A stretch of DNA of 64,000 nt from Escherichia coli (GCF_045037415.1 NZ_CP173438.1); one strand, 5' to 3'; counted from the stretch's first letter, positions 1 through 11,204 are shown. The notes: generated from the sequence alone by a model not told the origin. Numbers and translations: made by a program.

Positions 1-3000
1 GTGCCAGTTTCTGCTGTTTGGCGGTGAAACCGTCCAGCTCTTTCAGCAGGTCGGTGCGACCAATCAGATCCACCAGACGCGTTACCCCCAGCTGTGCCAT
101 CAGCTCGCGGGTTTCACGGGCGATAAACTCAAAGTAATTAGTCACTTTGAACGGCAGGCCGTGATAGTGATTCTTACGCAGTTTGTCATCCTGAGTTGCT
201 ACACCCGTGGCGCAGTTGTTCAGGTGGCAAATTCGCAGATATTTACAGCCAAGCGCTACCATCGGGCCAGTGCCGAAGCCAAAACTTTCCGCGCCAAGAA
301 TCGCCGCTTTGATGATATCGACACCCGTTTTCAGGCCGCCATCGACCTGCAAACGGATCTTGTGACGCAAGCCGTTGGCAACCAGCGCCTGTTGGGTTTC
401 AACAAGCCCCAGCTCCCACGGACAGCCTGCGTATTTCACCGATGAAAGCGGACTTGCGCCGGTGCCGCCGTCATAGCCTGCGATGGTGATTAAATCGGCA
501 TAAGCTTTTGCCACGCCAGTCGCGATGGTGCCTACGCCCGGTTCGGAAACCAGCTTCACGGAGATCATCGCTTTTGGATTGACCTGCTTGAGGTCGAAAA
601 TCAGCTGCGCTAAATCCTCAATAGAGTAGATATCGTGGTGCGGCGGCGGGGAGATCAGCGTCACGCCCGGCACCGAATAGCGCAGTTTGGCAATGTAAGG
701 AGTGACTTTATCACCCGGTAACTGACCACCTTCACCCGGCTTCGCGCCCTGGGCGACTTTTATCTGAATGACGTCGGCATTGACCAGATACGCCGGAGTA
801 ACCCCAAAGCGACCGGACGCTACCTGCTTGATGCGCGACACTTTGTTAGTGCCATAGCGCGCCGGGTCTTCACCGCCTTCGCCGGAGTTTGAGTTACCGC
901 CGATGCTGTTCATCGCTTCCGCCAGCGCCTCGTGGGCTTCCGGGCTTAACGCACCGATAGACATCGCGGCGGTATCGAAGCGTTTAAACAGTTCGCTTGC
1001 CGGTTCAACATCAGCAATGTTGACCGCGTTTTCACCCGGCGTAATTGCCAGCAGATCGCGTAGCGTGGTTGCCGGACGCTCATTAACCAGCTTCGCGTAT
1101 TCCTGATAGTCGCTATACTCGCCGCTCTGTACCGCCTGTTGCAGCGTGCGCACCACGTCCGGGTTGTAGGCGTGGTATTCGCCACCGTGTACATATTTCA
1201 GCAGGCCGCCCTGGCTGATAGGCTTACGCGCCAGCCAGGCTCGTTTCGACAGATTCAGCAGATCCTGCTGGAAGTCTTCAAAGCTCGCCCCCCCAATGCG
1301 GCTAACTGCCCCCTGGAAGCACAGGCCCACGACATCATCGTGCAGACCGACCGCTTCAAACAGTTTCGAGCAGCGGTAAGAGGCGATGGTGGAGATGCCC
1401 ATTTTGGACATGATTTTGTACAAGCCTTTGTTGATGCCGTTACGATAGTTGAGCATCACGGTACGATAATCTTTGGCAATCGCGTGGGTGTCTACCAGGC
1501 GGCCCAGCGTTTCATAGGCAAGGTATGGATAAATAGCCGTCGCGCCGAAACCCAGCAACACGGCGAAGTGGTGCGGATCACGGGCGCTGGCGGTTTCTAC
1601 GATGATGTTGGCATCGCAACGCAGGCTTTGCTCGACCAGACGGGTCTGGATCGCGCCAACCGCCATCGGAGCCGGAACCGGCAGGCGATCTTTAGCGATA
1701 TTCCGGTCGGAGAGCACCAGCAGCACGGTGCCGCTACGTACCATTTTTTCGGCTTTGTCACACAGTTCTTTCACCGTCGCTTCGAGCGTGGTTTTAGTGA
1801 CGTCAAAGGTGATATCCAGCGTATCTGCGCGGTAGTGATCCTCTTTCATCGTCGTGAGCTGTTTGAAATCGGAATAGAGCAGAATCGGCGATTTAAAGCT
1901 TAAACGGTGCGCCTGGCCTTCTGCTTCACAGAAGACGTTCATTTCACGACCGATACTGGTGGCGAGCGACATAACATGCGCTTCGCGCAGCGGGTCGATT
2001 GGCGGGTTGGTTACCTGAGCAAACTGCTGGCGGAAGTAGTCGTAAATAATGCGCGGCTGGCTGGAGAGCACGGCGAATGGGGTATCGTCGCCCATCGAAC
2101 CGACCGCTTCCTGACCGTTTTCACCCAGTACGCGGATCACCGAATCCAGCTCTTCCGCGCTGTAGTTAAATTGTTTCTGGTAGCTGGCAAGCGTGTCGTC
2201 GTCCAGTTCGCGGCTACCCACTTCTTCATCGGGCAGATCTTCAAACGGTACCAGACGGCGGACGTTTTTCTCCATCCACTCTTTATAAGGGTGGCGGCTT
2301 TTCAGATCGTCATCGGTTTCTGCCGAGTGCAGAATACGCCCACTGCGGGTGTCGATAACCATCAGTTCGCCTGGCCCCACGCGGCCTTTTTCGACCACTT
2401 CGTCAGGCTGATAATCCCAGATACCGACTTCAGAGGCGCAGGTAATGAGCTTATCTTTGGTGATGACGTAGCGCGCCGGACGCAGACCGTTACGGTCGAG
2501 GTTACAGGCGGCAAAACGACCGTCAGACATCACGATGCCTGCCGGGCCATCCCACGGCTCCATATGCATGGAGTTAAAGTCAAAGAAGGCACGCAGTTCC
2601 GGGTCCATATCCGGGTTGTTCTGCCAGGCAGGTGGCACTAACAGACGCATGGCACGGATGATATCCATCCCACCTGCCAGCAGGAGTTCCAGCATGTTAT
2701 CCATCGAACTGGAGTCAGAGCCGGTTTCGTTGACGAACGGCGCGGCGTCGTGCAGGTCAGGGATCAGCGGCGTCTGGAATTTATAGGTACGCGCACGCGC
2801 CCATTGGCGGTTACCAGTGATGGTGTTGATTTCACCGTTATGCGCGAGGTAGCGGAACGGCTGCGCCAGCGGCCAGCGCGGTACGGTGTTAGTGGAAAAG
2901 CGCTGGTGAAACAGGCAGATGGCCGATTCCAGACGCAGGTCCGCGAGGTCCAGGTAGAAGCGCGGCAGATCCGCCGGCATACACAGACCTTTATAAATAT

Positions 3001-3550
3001 TGACCAGATTCGACAGGCTACAGACGTAGAAGTCTTTGTCGGCTTCGAGACGCTTTTCAATGCGGCGGCGGGCGATAAACAGACGGCGCTCCATATCGCG
3101 CGGACGCCAGCCTGCCGGGGCGTTCACAAAAATTTGCTCAATGCGTGGCAGAGAGGAGAGGGCGATTTCACCCAGCACGCCTTCGTTAGTGGGGACATCA
3201 CGCCAGCCCACAATCGACAACGTTTCGCGTTGCAGCTCTTCTTCAACGATGCGGCGTGCGGCAGCGGCGAGTTCAGGATCTTTATTCAGGAAGAGCATCC
3301 CGACGGCGTAGTTTTTTGCTAAACGCCAGCCGCGCTCCTGCGCAACGATGCGAAAAAAACGATCCGGTTTTTGTAACAGCAAGCCGCAACCGTCACCGGT
3401 TTTACCATCGGCGAGAATCGCGCCACGGTGCTGCATGCGGGCCAGTGCGTGTATTGCAGTACGCACTACCTTGTGGCTAGGTTCGCCTTCTATGTGGGCG
3501 ATCAGGCCGAAACCACAGTTATCCCTCTCAAGGGATTTATCGTACAACAT
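1..3550 (-). CDS. gltB: glutamate synthase (NADPH) large subunit, N-terminal ~1183 codons (3' end beyond left window edge)
   Basis: Minus-strand frame is open from ATG at 3550 to the window edge; it is absent from the ORF track because no stop lies in the window. My translation [56 protein letters not shown] is the GltB N-terminus (short propeptide, then Ntn Cys). An in-frame upstream ATG at 3643 is an alternative start. Confidence 0.95.
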   Translation of the reverse strand, partial: MLYDKSLERDNCGFGLIAHIEGEPSHKVVRTAIHALARMQHRGAILADGKTGDGCGLLLQKPDRFFRIVAQERGWRLAKNYAVGMLFLNKDPELAAAARRIVEEELQRETLSIVGWRDVPTNEGVLGEIALSSLPRIEQIFVNAPAGWRPRDMERRLFIARRRIEKRLEADKDFYVCSLSNLVNIYKGLCMPADLPRFYLDLADLRLESAICLFHQRFSTNTVPRWPLAQPFRYLAHNGEINTITGNRQWARARTYKFQTPLIPDLHDAAPFVNETGSDSSSMDNMLELLLAGGMDIIRAMRLLVPPAWQNNPDMDPELRAFFDFNSMHMEPWDGPAGIVMSDGRFAACNLDRNGLRPARYVITKDKLITCASEVGIWDYQPDEVVEKGRVGPGELMVIDTRSGRILHSAETDDDLKSRHPYKEWMEKNVRRLVPFEDLPDEEVGSRELDDDTLASYQKQFNYSAEELDSVIRVLGENGQEAVGSMGDDTPFAVLSSQPRIIYDYFRQQFAQVTNPPIDPLREAHVMSLATSIGREMNVFCEAEGQAHRLSFKSPILLYSDFKQLTTMKEDHYRADTLDITFDVTKTTLEATVKELCDKAEKMVRSGTVLLVLSDRNIAKDRLPVPAPMAVGAIQTRLVEQSLRCDANIIVETASARDPHHFAVLLGFGATAIYPYLAYETLGRLVDTHAIAKDYRTVMLNYRNGINKGLYKIMSKMGISTIASYRCSKLFEAVGLHDDVVGLCFQGAVSRIGGASFEDFQQDLLNLSKRAWLARKPISQGGLLKYVHGGEYHAYNPDVVRTLQQAVQSGEYSDYQEYAKLVNERPATTLRDLLAITPGENAVNIADVEPASELFKRFDTAAMSIGALSPEAHEALAEAMNSIGGNSNSGEGGEDPARYGTNKVSRIKQVASGRFGVTPAYLVNADVIQIKVAQGAKPGEGGQLPGDKVTPYIAKLRYSVPGVTLISPPPHHDIYSIEDLAQLIFDLKQVNPKAMISVKLVSEPGVGTIATGVAKAYADLITIAGYDGGTGASPLSSVKYAGCPWELGLVETQQALVANGLRHKIRLQVDGGLKTGVDIIKAAILGAESFGFGTGPMVALGCKYLRICHLNNCATGVATQDDKLRKNHYHGLPFKVTNYFEFIARETRELMAQLGVTRLVDLIGRTDLLKELDGFTAKQQKLA

Positions 3551-4224
3551 ATCGTGAACCTCCCCCAGGCTCTGCGGGAACCCCACTTCCGAACCGCTGC
3601 GCACGGGCACAGTAAGAGCGTGGCGACGGGGTTTGCGTGTCATACGCGCACCTCGCATTCGCCCCCTTGTTGTCCTTTTCGCATCGGTTAATACGGTGAA
3701 GAGGGGATCTCAATTACTGCATAAATATGATGAGCAGGCTGCTCATCCAGAAAGCTTCCAGCGGATTTCCAACTTATCGGGAAAGCTGATACAGGTCAAA
3801 TGGCAAGCTTATTGGTACAGAAATGTGCTTTAGCGCAAAATTCTTTATTAATTGTATGAAATTAAAGTGGATTTTCTATTTAAGGCTAAAAGGGGTGTCG
3901 TTAGAGAAACAGCCAATTCCTGACTGTCATAAAGGCGTGTTAACCCTTATCCTGCCTTGAATTGATGAGAAAGCCAGCATTTTATACTGCCTTAATTGGT
4001 AATAACGTTTCATGCTACTGTTTTTGCCTAAAATCCATAAGAAGATAAAAAAATCTGACACAAGATAAGCAACAGTGATTTATGTGATTGTGCATGAAAT
4101 TTCGGTAATTTTGATTGGTTATGCAGTTGATAAAAGCAGGCTGGGACGATTGATCCAGGTCATCGCCGAATTGGGCTAAAAATGGCAGGCTTTGGCCTCT
4201 TTTCAAGGCGCGGTCTATCAGATT

Positions 4225-5154
4225 ATGCAGTTACAGAAATTAGTCAATATGTTTGGTGGTGATCTCACCCGTCGTTATGGGCAAAAGGTGCATAAGCTGA
4301 CGCTGCACGGCGGTTTTAGCTGCCCTAACCGTGACGGTACCATCGGGCGTGGCGGCTGCACATTCTGTAATGTTGCCTCGTTTGCCGATGAAGCGCAGCA
4401 GCATCGTTCCATTGCCGAGCAACTGGCGCACCAGGCGAATTTAGTTAACCGCGCTAAACGCTATCTGGCCTACTTTCAGGCGTATACCAGCACCTTTGCG
4501 GAAGTTCAGGTGCTGCGTTCGATGTATCAGCAGGCGGTGAGCCAGGCCAATATTGTCGGTTTGTGTGTTGGTACCCGCCCGGACTGCGTGCCGGATGCGG
4601 TGCTGGATCTGCTTTGCGAATATAAGGACCAGGGCTACGAAGTGTGGCTGGAGCTGGGGCTACAAACCGCCCACGACAAAACACTGCATCGCATAAATCG
4701 CGGTCATGATTTTGCCTGCTATCAGCGCACGACGCAGCTGGCGCGTGAGCGTGGGCTGAAGGTGTGCTCTCACTTAATTGTTGGCCTGCCTGGCGAAGGG
4801 CAGGCTGAATGTTTGCAAACGCTGGAGCGAGTGGTTGAAACCGGCGTGGACGGCATAAAGCTGCATCCGCTGCATATAGTGAAAGGCAGCATTATGGCGA
4901 AAGCCTGGGAAGCGGGGCGTTTGAACGGAATTGAACTGGAGGATTACACGCTCACTGCCGGAGAAATGATTCGCCATACGCCACCGGAAGTTATCTACCA
5001 CCGTATTTCCGCCAGCGCCCGTCGCCCGACGCTGCTTGCTCCGCTGTGGTGCGAAAATCGATGGACGGGAATGGTCGAGCTGGATCGTTATCTGAATGAA
5101 CATGGCGTACAGGGATCGGCGCTGGGACGTCCGTGGCTACCTCCAACGGCGTAG
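4225..5154 (+). CDS. yhcC: radical SAM protein YhcC (Elp3-like radical SAM family, function unknown)
   Basis: Track ORF 4192..5154 trimmed to ATG 4225 (MQLQKLVNMFGG...). Cys triad CPNRDGTIGRGGCTFC. Matches E. coli YhcC. Confidence 0.9.
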   Translation: MQLQKLVNMFGGDLTRRYGQKVHKLTLHGGFSCPNRDGTIGRGGCTFCNVASFADEAQQHRSIAEQLAHQANLVNRAKRYLAYFQAYTSTFAEVQVLRSMYQQAVSQANIVGLCVGTRPDCVPDAVLDLLCEYKDQGYEVWLELGLQTAHDKTLHRINRGHDFACYQRTTQLARERGLKVCSHLIVGLPGEGQAECLQTLERVVETGVDGIKLHPLHIVKGSIMAKAWEAGRLNGIELEDYTLTAGEMIRHTPPEVIYHRISASARRPTLLAPLWCENRWTGMVELDRYLNEHGVQGSALGRPWLPPTA

Positions 5155-5249
5155 GCCATTGAGGGGAATTCCGCATTTCTCACACAATTTATAACGTAAC
5201 TGTCAGAATTGGGTATTATTGGGGCAGGTTGTCGTGAAGGAATTCCCTA

Positions 5250-7586
5250 ATGAAGCAAATTCGTCTGCTGGCGCAGTATTATGTTGACCTGATGATGAAG
5301 TTAGGTCTGGTGCGCTTCTCAATGTTGCTGGCGCTGGCCCTCGTCGTTCTTGCCATTGTGGTACAAATGGCGGTAACCATGGTGCTGCATGGTCAGGTCG
5401 AAAGCATTGATGTTATTCGTTCTATCTTCTTTGGTTTGCTGATTACGCCGTGGGCGGTCTACTTTCTATCGGTGGTCGTCGAGCAACTGGAGGAGTCACG
5501 ACAACGTCTGTCACGACTGGTGCAAAAACTGGAGGAGATGCGCGAGCGCGATTTGAGCCTCAACGTTCAGTTAAAAGATAATATTGCCCAGCTAAATCAG
5601 GAAATCGCCGTTCGTGAAAAAGCGGAAGCAGAACTGCAGGAAACCTTCGGCCAACTGAAAATTGAAATCAAAGAGCGCGAAGAGACACAAATTCAGCTCG
5701 AGCAGCAATCCTCATTCTTACGTTCCTTCCTTGACGCTTCACCCGACCTGGTTTTTTATCGTAACGAAGATAAAGAGTTTTCCGGCTGTAACCGCGCGAT
5801 GGAGCTGCTGACCGGAAAAAGCGAAAAACAACTGGTTCACCTGAAACCTGCTGATGTTTACTCACCAGAAGCCGCTGCGAAAGTCATTGAAACCGATGAA
5901 AAAGTGTTCCGTCATAATGTGTCACTGACCTATGAGCAGTGGCTGGATTATCCCGACGGACGCAAAGCCTGCTTTGAAATCCGTAAAGTGCCGTACTACG
6001 ACCGCGTGGGTAAACGTCACGGTTTGATGGGCTTTGGTCGCGACATTACCGAGCGTAAGCGGTATCAGGATGCGCTTGAACGCGCCAGCCGCGACAAAAC
6101 GACGTTTATCTCCACCATCAGTCACGAATTGCGTACACCGCTGAACGGTATCGTCGGCCTGAGCCGCATTCTGCTGGATACTGAACTCACCGCCGAGCAG
6201 GAAAAATATCTCAAAACCATCCATGTTTCGGCTGTCACGCTGGGGAATATCTTCAACGATATTATCGACATGGATAAGATGGAACGGCGCAAGGTCCAGC
6301 TTGATAATCAGCCGGTTGATTTCACCAGCTTCCTTGCCGATCTGGAAAATCTCTCCGCATTGCAGGCGCAACAAAAAGGATTGCGCTTTAATCTGGAGCC
6401 GACGCTGCCATTACCGCATCAGGTCATTACCGACGGGACGCGTTTACGGCAGATCTTGTGGAACCTCATCAGTAACGCCGTCAAATTCACTCAGCAAGGC
6501 CAGGTTACCGTGCGCGTGCGCTACGATGAAGGCGATATGCTGCATTTTGAAGTGGAAGACTCTGGTATCGGCATTCCGCAGGATGAGCTGGATAAAATCT
6601 TCGCCATGTATTACCAGGTGAAAGACAGTCATGGCGGTAAACCTGCCACCGGCACCGGTATTGGTCTGGCCGTTTCTCGTCGTCTGGCGAAAAATATGGG
6701 CGGCGATATTACGGTTACCAGCGAACAGGGCAAAGGTTCAACCTTTACGTTGACGATCCACGCACCGTCGGTAGCAGAAGAGGTTGATGATGCGTTTGAT
6801 GAAGACGATATGCCTTTACCGGCGCTGAATGTGCTGCTGGTGGAAGACATTGAACTGAACGTGATTGTCGCGCGTTCTGTGCTGGAAAAATTAGGTAACA
6901 GCGTTGATGTCGCCATGACCGGCAAGGCGGCGCTGGAGATGTTTAAACCGGGCGAATACGACCTGGTATTGCTGGATATTCAGTTGCCAGATATGACCGG
7001 GCTGGATATCTCTCGTGAACTGACGAAGCGTTATCCGCGCGAGGATTTACCGCCGCTGGTGGCCTTAACCGCTAACGTGCTGAAAGACAAGCAAGAGTAC
7101 CTCAATGCTGGAATGGATGATGTGCTGAGTAAGCCGCTTTCTGTTCCGGCGCTAACCGCGATGATCAAGAAATTCTGGGATACCCAGGATGATGAGGAGA
7201 GTACGGTGACGACAGAAGAGAACAGTAAATCAGAAGCATTGCTCGATATTCCCATGCTGGAACAGTATCTCGAACTTGTAGGACCGAAGCTGATCACCGA
7301 CGGGTTAGCGGTGTTTGAGAGAATGATGCCGGGCTATGTCAGCGTGCTGGAGTCGAATCTGACGGCGCAGGATAAAAAAGGCATTGTTGAGGAAGGGCAT
7401 AAAATTAAAGGTGCGGCGGGGTCAGTGGGGTTACGCCATCTGCAACAGCTGGGTCAGCAAATTCAGTCTCCTGACCTTCCCGCCTGGGAAGATAACGTCG
7501 GTGAATGGATTGAAGAGATGAAAGAAGAGTGGCGTCACGACGTAGAAGTACTGAAAGCGTGGGTGGCAAAAGCCACTAAAAAATGA
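5250..7586 (+). CDS. arcB: aerobic respiration control tripartite sensor kinase ArcB
   Basis: 778 aa. N-terminal TM segments, H-box SHELRTPLNG, receiver LLDIQLPDMTG, C-terminal HPt HKIKGAAGSVG. Confidence 0.98.
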   Translation: MKQIRLLAQYYVDLMMKLGLVRFSMLLALALVVLAIVVQMAVTMVLHGQVESIDVIRSIFFGLLITPWAVYFLSVVVEQLEESRQRLSRLVQKLEEMRERDLSLNVQLKDNIAQLNQEIAVREKAEAELQETFGQLKIEIKEREETQIQLEQQSSFLRSFLDASPDLVFYRNEDKEFSGCNRAMELLTGKSEKQLVHLKPADVYSPEAAAKVIETDEKVFRHNVSLTYEQWLDYPDGRKACFEIRKVPYYDRVGKRHGLMGFGRDITERKRYQDALERASRDKTTFISTISHELRTPLNGIVGLSRILLDTELTAEQEKYLKTIHVSAVTLGNIFNDIIDMDKMERRKVQLDNQPVDFTSFLADLENLSALQAQQKGLRFNLEPTLPLPHQVITDGTRLRQILWNLISNAVKFTQQGQVTVRVRYDEGDMLHFEVEDSGIGIPQDELDKIFAMYYQVKDSHGGKPATGTGIGLAVSRRLAKNMGGDITVTSEQGKGSTFTLTIHAPSVAEEVDDAFDEDDMPLPALNVLLVEDIELNVIVARSVLEKLGNSVDVAMTGKAALEMFKPGEYDLVLLDIQLPDMTGLDISRELTKRYPREDLPPLVALTANVLKDKQEYLNAGMDDVLSKPLSVPALTAMIKKFWDTQDDEESTVTTEENSKSEALLDIPMLEQYLELVGPKLITDGLAVFERMMPGYVSVLESNLTAQDKKGIVEEGHKIKGAAGSVGLRHLQQLGQQIQSPDLPAWEDNVGEWIEEMKEEWRHDVEVLKAWVAKATKK

Positions 7587-7698
7587 CCCCGGCTAGACCG
7601 GGGTGCGCGAATACTGCGCCAACACCAGGGAAATCTTGGCTGCGCCGTAAATTATTATGATGAGTTACAAGGGCACAGCACTGTTTTTCAGGCCGCAC
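7578..7698 (-). ncRNA. arcZ: Hfq-dependent sRNA ArcZ (SraH/RyhA)
   Basis: The reverse complement reads GTGCGGCCTGAAAAACAGTGCTGTGCCC...GCGCACCCCGGTCTAGCCGGGGTCATTTTTT (121 nt), the ArcZ sequence as I recall it. It ends in a 7-bp hairpin (7586..7604) plus U6. The 3' end overlaps the last arcB codons and stop. Confidence 0.9.
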
Positions 7699-7815
7699 GC
7701 AGTTAAGATAGCAAAACTTAAATGATTTGTTACATGAATCAGTTAAATGTGTGATGCGTAGCATTTTTATTAAAAAAATTAATGTGTTTCAGTCAATTGC
7801 GAAAGGAAGATCACA

Positions 7816-8469
7816 ATGAAGAAAATTGGCGTAATTCTGAGCGGATGCGGCGTCTATGACGGTTCTGAAATTCATGAAGCGGTATTGACGTTGTTAGCTA
7901 TTTCACGCAGCGGTGCGCAGGCGGTTTGCTTTGCACCGGATAAGCAGCAGGTTGATGTTATCAACCATTTAACTGGTGAAGCGATGACGGAAACGCGCAA
8001 TGTGCTGATTGAAGCGGCACGAATAACGCGCGGTGAAATCCGTCCTCTGGCCCAGGCCGATGCCGCTGAACTGGATGCGTTGATTGTGCCGGGGGGTTTT
8101 GGCGCGGCGAAGAATTTAAGCAATTTTGCCAGTCTTGGTAGCGAATGCACCGTTGACCGTGAATTAAAGGCGCTGGCACAAGCGATGCATCAGGCCGGAA
8201 AACCGCTTGGTTTTATGTGTATTGCACCGGCGATACTGCCGAAAATTTTCGATTTCCCGCTACGTTTGACCATCGGTACTGATATCGATACCGCAGAAGT
8301 GCTGGAAGAGATGGGCGCGGAGCATGTGCCGTGTCCTGTCGATGATATCGTGGTTGATGAAGACAATAAGATTGTCACCACCCCGGCATATATGCTGGCG
8401 CAGAACATTGCAGAAGCGGCGAGCGGCATTGATAAGCTGGTTTCCCGCGTGCTGGTTCTGGCTGAATGA
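7816..8469 (+). CDS. elbB: DJ-1/PfpI-family protein ElbB
   Basis: 217 aa. Nucleophile-elbow motif GFMCIAP. Matches E. coli ElbB (YhbL). Confidence 0.95.
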   Translation: MKKIGVILSGCGVYDGSEIHEAVLTLLAISRSGAQAVCFAPDKQQVDVINHLTGEAMTETRNVLIEAARITRGEIRPLAQADAAELDALIVPGGFGAAKNLSNFASLGSECTVDRELKALAQAMHQAGKPLGFMCIAPAILPKIFDFPLRLTIGTDIDTAEVLEEMGAEHVPCPVDDIVVDEDNKIVTTPAYMLAQNIAEAASGIDKLVSRVLVLAE

Positions 8470-9194
8470 GTAAAAGCCGCTTAACGGTGTTTAGTTTCGT
8501 TCGCCGTTTTCTTCTGCGGTTAATGGTTGTCCTCGCCATTTTCTGGGGCGGGGGCATCGCGTTGTTTAGCGTTGCGCCTGTTCCTTTCTCAGCGGTAATG
8601 GTCGAGCGGCAAGTCAGCGCCTGGCTGCATGGCAATTTTCGTTACGTGGCACATTCTGACTGGGTCAGTATGGATCAAATCTCGCCGTGGATGGGACTGG
8701 CGGTGATTGCCGCAGAAGATCAGAAATTTCCTGAGCACTGGGGCTTTGATGTCGCTTCCATTGAGCAAGCCCTGGCGCACAACGAGCGCAATGAAAACCG
8801 TATTCGCGGTGCTTCAACGATTTCTCAGCAGACAGCCAAAAATCTCTTTTTATGGGATGGGCGTAGCTGGGTTCGAAAAGGGCTGGAAGCCGGATTAACG
8901 CTGGGGATAGAAACAGTCTGGAGCAAAAAGCGTATCCTGACGGTTTACCTGAATATCGCCGAATTTGGCGACGGTGTGTTTGGCGTCGAAGCTGCGGCAC
9001 AACGTTATTTCCACAAACCCGCGAGCAAACTTACCCGGTCGGAAGCTGCATTACTGGCAGCTGTATTACCTAATCCACTTCGTTTCAAAGTCTCCGCGCC
9101 ATCGGGCTATGTGCGTAGCCGTCAGGCGTGGATTTTACGGCAGATGTATCAGTTAGGCGGTGAGCCGTTTATGCAACAACACCAGCTTGATTAA
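8466..9194 (+). CDS. mtgA: monofunctional peptidoglycan glycosyltransferase
   Basis: 242 aa. GT51 motifs [12 protein letters not shown] and RGASTISQQ. The ATG overlaps the elbB stop (ATGA). Confidence 0.97.
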   Translation: MSKSRLTVFSFVRRFLLRLMVVLAIFWGGGIALFSVAPVPFSAVMVERQVSAWLHGNFRYVAHSDWVSMDQISPWMGLAVIAAEDQKFPEHWGFDVASIEQALAHNERNENRIRGASTISQQTAKNLFLWDGRSWVRKGLEAGLTLGIETVWSKKRILTVYLNIAEFGDGVFGVEAAAQRYFHKPASKLTRSEAALLAAVLPNPLRFKVSAPSGYVRSRQAWILRQMYQLGGEPFMQQHQLD

Positions 9195-9823
9195 GCTTCG
9201 CGCGAAGTGAGGGCCAGCGTTTTGCTCTCACGAGGTTGCAGATCTTTCTGCAGGGCAATAGCCAGCGCCGGTTGGGCGATAAATCGTTTCCATAACCGCT
9301 CTTGCTTACGCAGACAACACCACTTCGACCAGGTCGCCAGTGGAATCAATGTGCTTTCACCAATGTTGTCGCAGACGACGGGGATAACCTCTGACTCACT
9401 GATGCGGTGACAGAGGATATTCTGCGGCTTCAGCGACATCGTCACGATACGGTTATCCTGCAAATAACGCTTCAGCTGTTTCAGTAACTGGCGCAGTTGT
9501 GCAATGTCTTCTTCGTAACGGCATTGTTCTGCAAATTCGGTCAGCGTAATGGAAGGCTTGCCGTCGAAATCGGCAATCACATCGTAGACATAACCGGTTC
9601 CGCAATCCGTCTCAACGGTACCGTGATAGCGCGGTATTCCACTCCAGTCTTTTAACCGGCGACCAAGATGCGCGTAGTACTTTAACTCACGGCGGATCTC
9701 TTTATCGCCACCATCGCCACGATGGTAGACAATCTTGATACAGCGTTGGGCATCTTCCGGATGCGCATAACATTTCCGATGTCTTCCGGTGCCCAGGGGA
9801 CTTTGTTCAGATAAGCGAATCAT
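9191..9823 (-). CDS. yrbL: PhoP-regulated kinase-like protein YrbL
   Basis: 210 aa, matches E. coli YrbL. Kinase-like motifs [32 protein letters not shown] PhoP box lies upstream. Confidence 0.93.
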   Translation of the reverse strand: MIRLSEQSPLGTGRHRKCYAHPEDAQRCIKIVYHRGDGGDKEIRRELKYYAHLGRRLKDWSGIPRYHGTVETDCGTGYVYDVIADFDGKPSITLTEFAEQCRYEEDIAQLRQLLKQLKRYLQDNRIVTMSLKPQNILCHRISESEVIPVVCDNIGESTLIPLATWSKWCCLRKQERLWKRFIAQPALAIALQKDLQPRESKTLALTSREA

Positions 9824-9873
9824 GCCATCTCCTGGAAATATTTTCTGACGATCTCCAGTATGGTCGATTAACT

Positions 9874-9890
9874 TAAACGAAATCTAAACA
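9874..9890 (-). promoter_or_regulatory. PhoP box upstream of yrbL
   Basis: The minus strand reads TGTTTA-GATTT-CGTTTA, a direct hexamer repeat with 5-nt spacer close to the (T/G)GTTTA-N5-(T/G)GTTTA consensus. It lies about 51 nt upstream of the yrbL ATG. Coordinates could be off by 1-2 nt. Confidence 0.6.
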
Positions 9891-9927
9891 ATGCTTCTTA
9901 AGGTTTTCTTAAGGTTCTTCTGAAAGT

Positions 9928-9986
9928 AAAAAGCGCACGAAATGTACAATCGACGTTGATTGATAACGATTTCAGTACGCGCTTTT
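9928..9986 (-). terminator. probable intrinsic terminator ending the rpoN-hpf-ptsN-rapZ-npr transcript
   Basis: On the minus strand, AAAAGCGC...GCGCUUUUU outer stem with imperfect inner pairing (GAAAU/AUUUC, CGUU/AACG), followed by a U-run, about 50 nt downstream of the npr stop. Approximate coordinates. Confidence 0.45.
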
Positions 9987-10035
9987 CTTATTGCCGGGGG
10001 AGCTTGAAGGGATTTGAATGTCAAAGTGATGAAGA

Positions 10036-10308
10036 TTAATCTTCATCAAAACCAGAGTTAAAGAGGGCGATAACGGCGGCCAGTGCTTCCTCTTCCTGTG
10101 GACCGGTCGCTTCAACTTCAATCTGCCGTCCTTTGGCAGAATCCAACATCAGCAGCGCAATAACGCTGTTGGCTTCAGCCTCGGTGCCTTCGTCATTACG
10201 TAACAGCACTTCAGCGTCAAAACCCTGCATTAATTCAAACAGCTTCATTGCAGGCCGGGCATGCATGCCCAGCTTGTTTGTAATTTCAACAGTTTGCTTG
10301 ACGGTCAT
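10036..10308 (-). CDS. npr: nitrogen-PTS phosphocarrier protein NPr
   Basis: 90 aa HPr-like. Active-site region LGMHARPA. Matches NPr (PtsO). Confidence 0.96.
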
Positions 10309-11159
10309 GGTTTACGTTTTTCCAGCGTCCGATGGCGTGACTGGACGTTTTTACCGCGCGAGCGGAAGTAGTCTGCCAGTTGCTCTGCAATATACACCGA
10401 ACGGTGCTTCCCGCCGGTACAACCAATGGCGACCGTCAGGTAGCTACGGTTGTTGGTTTCCAGCATAGGTAACCATAGCTCAAGATAGCTTCGCGTCTGG
10501 TAGATAAAATTGTGTACTTCTGTGTGGCGGTCGAGGAACGCGGCGACAGGTTTATCAAGACCTGTCATTGGACGCAGTTTCGGATCCCAGTGTGGGTTCG
10601 GCAAGAAGCGCACGTCAAAGACGTAATCTGCATCGATAGGGATACCGTGTTTGAAGCCGAAAGACTCAAAGACCATGGTCAGTTCACGTTCACGTTTACC
10701 CAACAGACGGGTACGCAGCATTTCTGCCAGCTCGTGAACGGACATTTCTGAGGTATCGACAATCAGATCCGCTCGCGAACGCAGAGGCTCCAGCAAATCG
10801 CTTTCTTTGTCGATAGCACTTTCCAGCGACAGGTTTTTGCTGGAAAGCGGATGCAGTCGGCGCGTGTCACTGTAACGACGAATTAAGGTATTACGGTCGG
10901 CATCCAGGAACAGTAGTTGCGGTGAGAAAGCGTCAGGCAGGTTACTCATCGCCTGTTCGAATATTTCTGGTGACTCCGGCATATTACGAACATCAATGCT
11001 GACGGCGGCAGAAATCTCTCGATCGGCCAGAGTTCGAGCCAGATCGGGTAACAACACTACGGGAAGGTTATCCACGCAGTAAAAACCCATATCTTCCAGC
11101 GCACGCAGGGCGACAGATTTACCTGAACCTGAACGTCCGCTGACGATCATCAGTACCAT
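10305..11159 (-). CDS. rapZ: RNase adaptor protein RapZ (YhbJ)
   Basis: 284 aa. Walker A GRSGSGKS. The stop overlaps the npr start by 4 nt. Confidence 0.96.
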
Positions 11160-11204
11160 GTACTGTTTCTCCTCACAACGTCTAAAAGAGACATTACCGA
11201 ATAA

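Noticed and set aside
161-3691. A dozen plus-strand ORFs of 66-254 aa in the track covering the first 3.7 kb
   Set aside because: They lie antisense or out of frame to gltB, whose minus-strand frame is open from 3550 to the window edge and translates to the recognisable GltB N-terminus. The track omits gltB only because it has no stop inside the window.
9191-9207. mtgA and yrbL stop codons interlock in the palindrome TTAA (4-nt convergent overlap), followed by the 12-bp palindrome CTTCGCGCGAAG
   Set aside because: The palindrome has no loop and cannot form a useful hairpin. The overlap is a conserved quirk of this locus with no evident function beyond the absence of a terminator.
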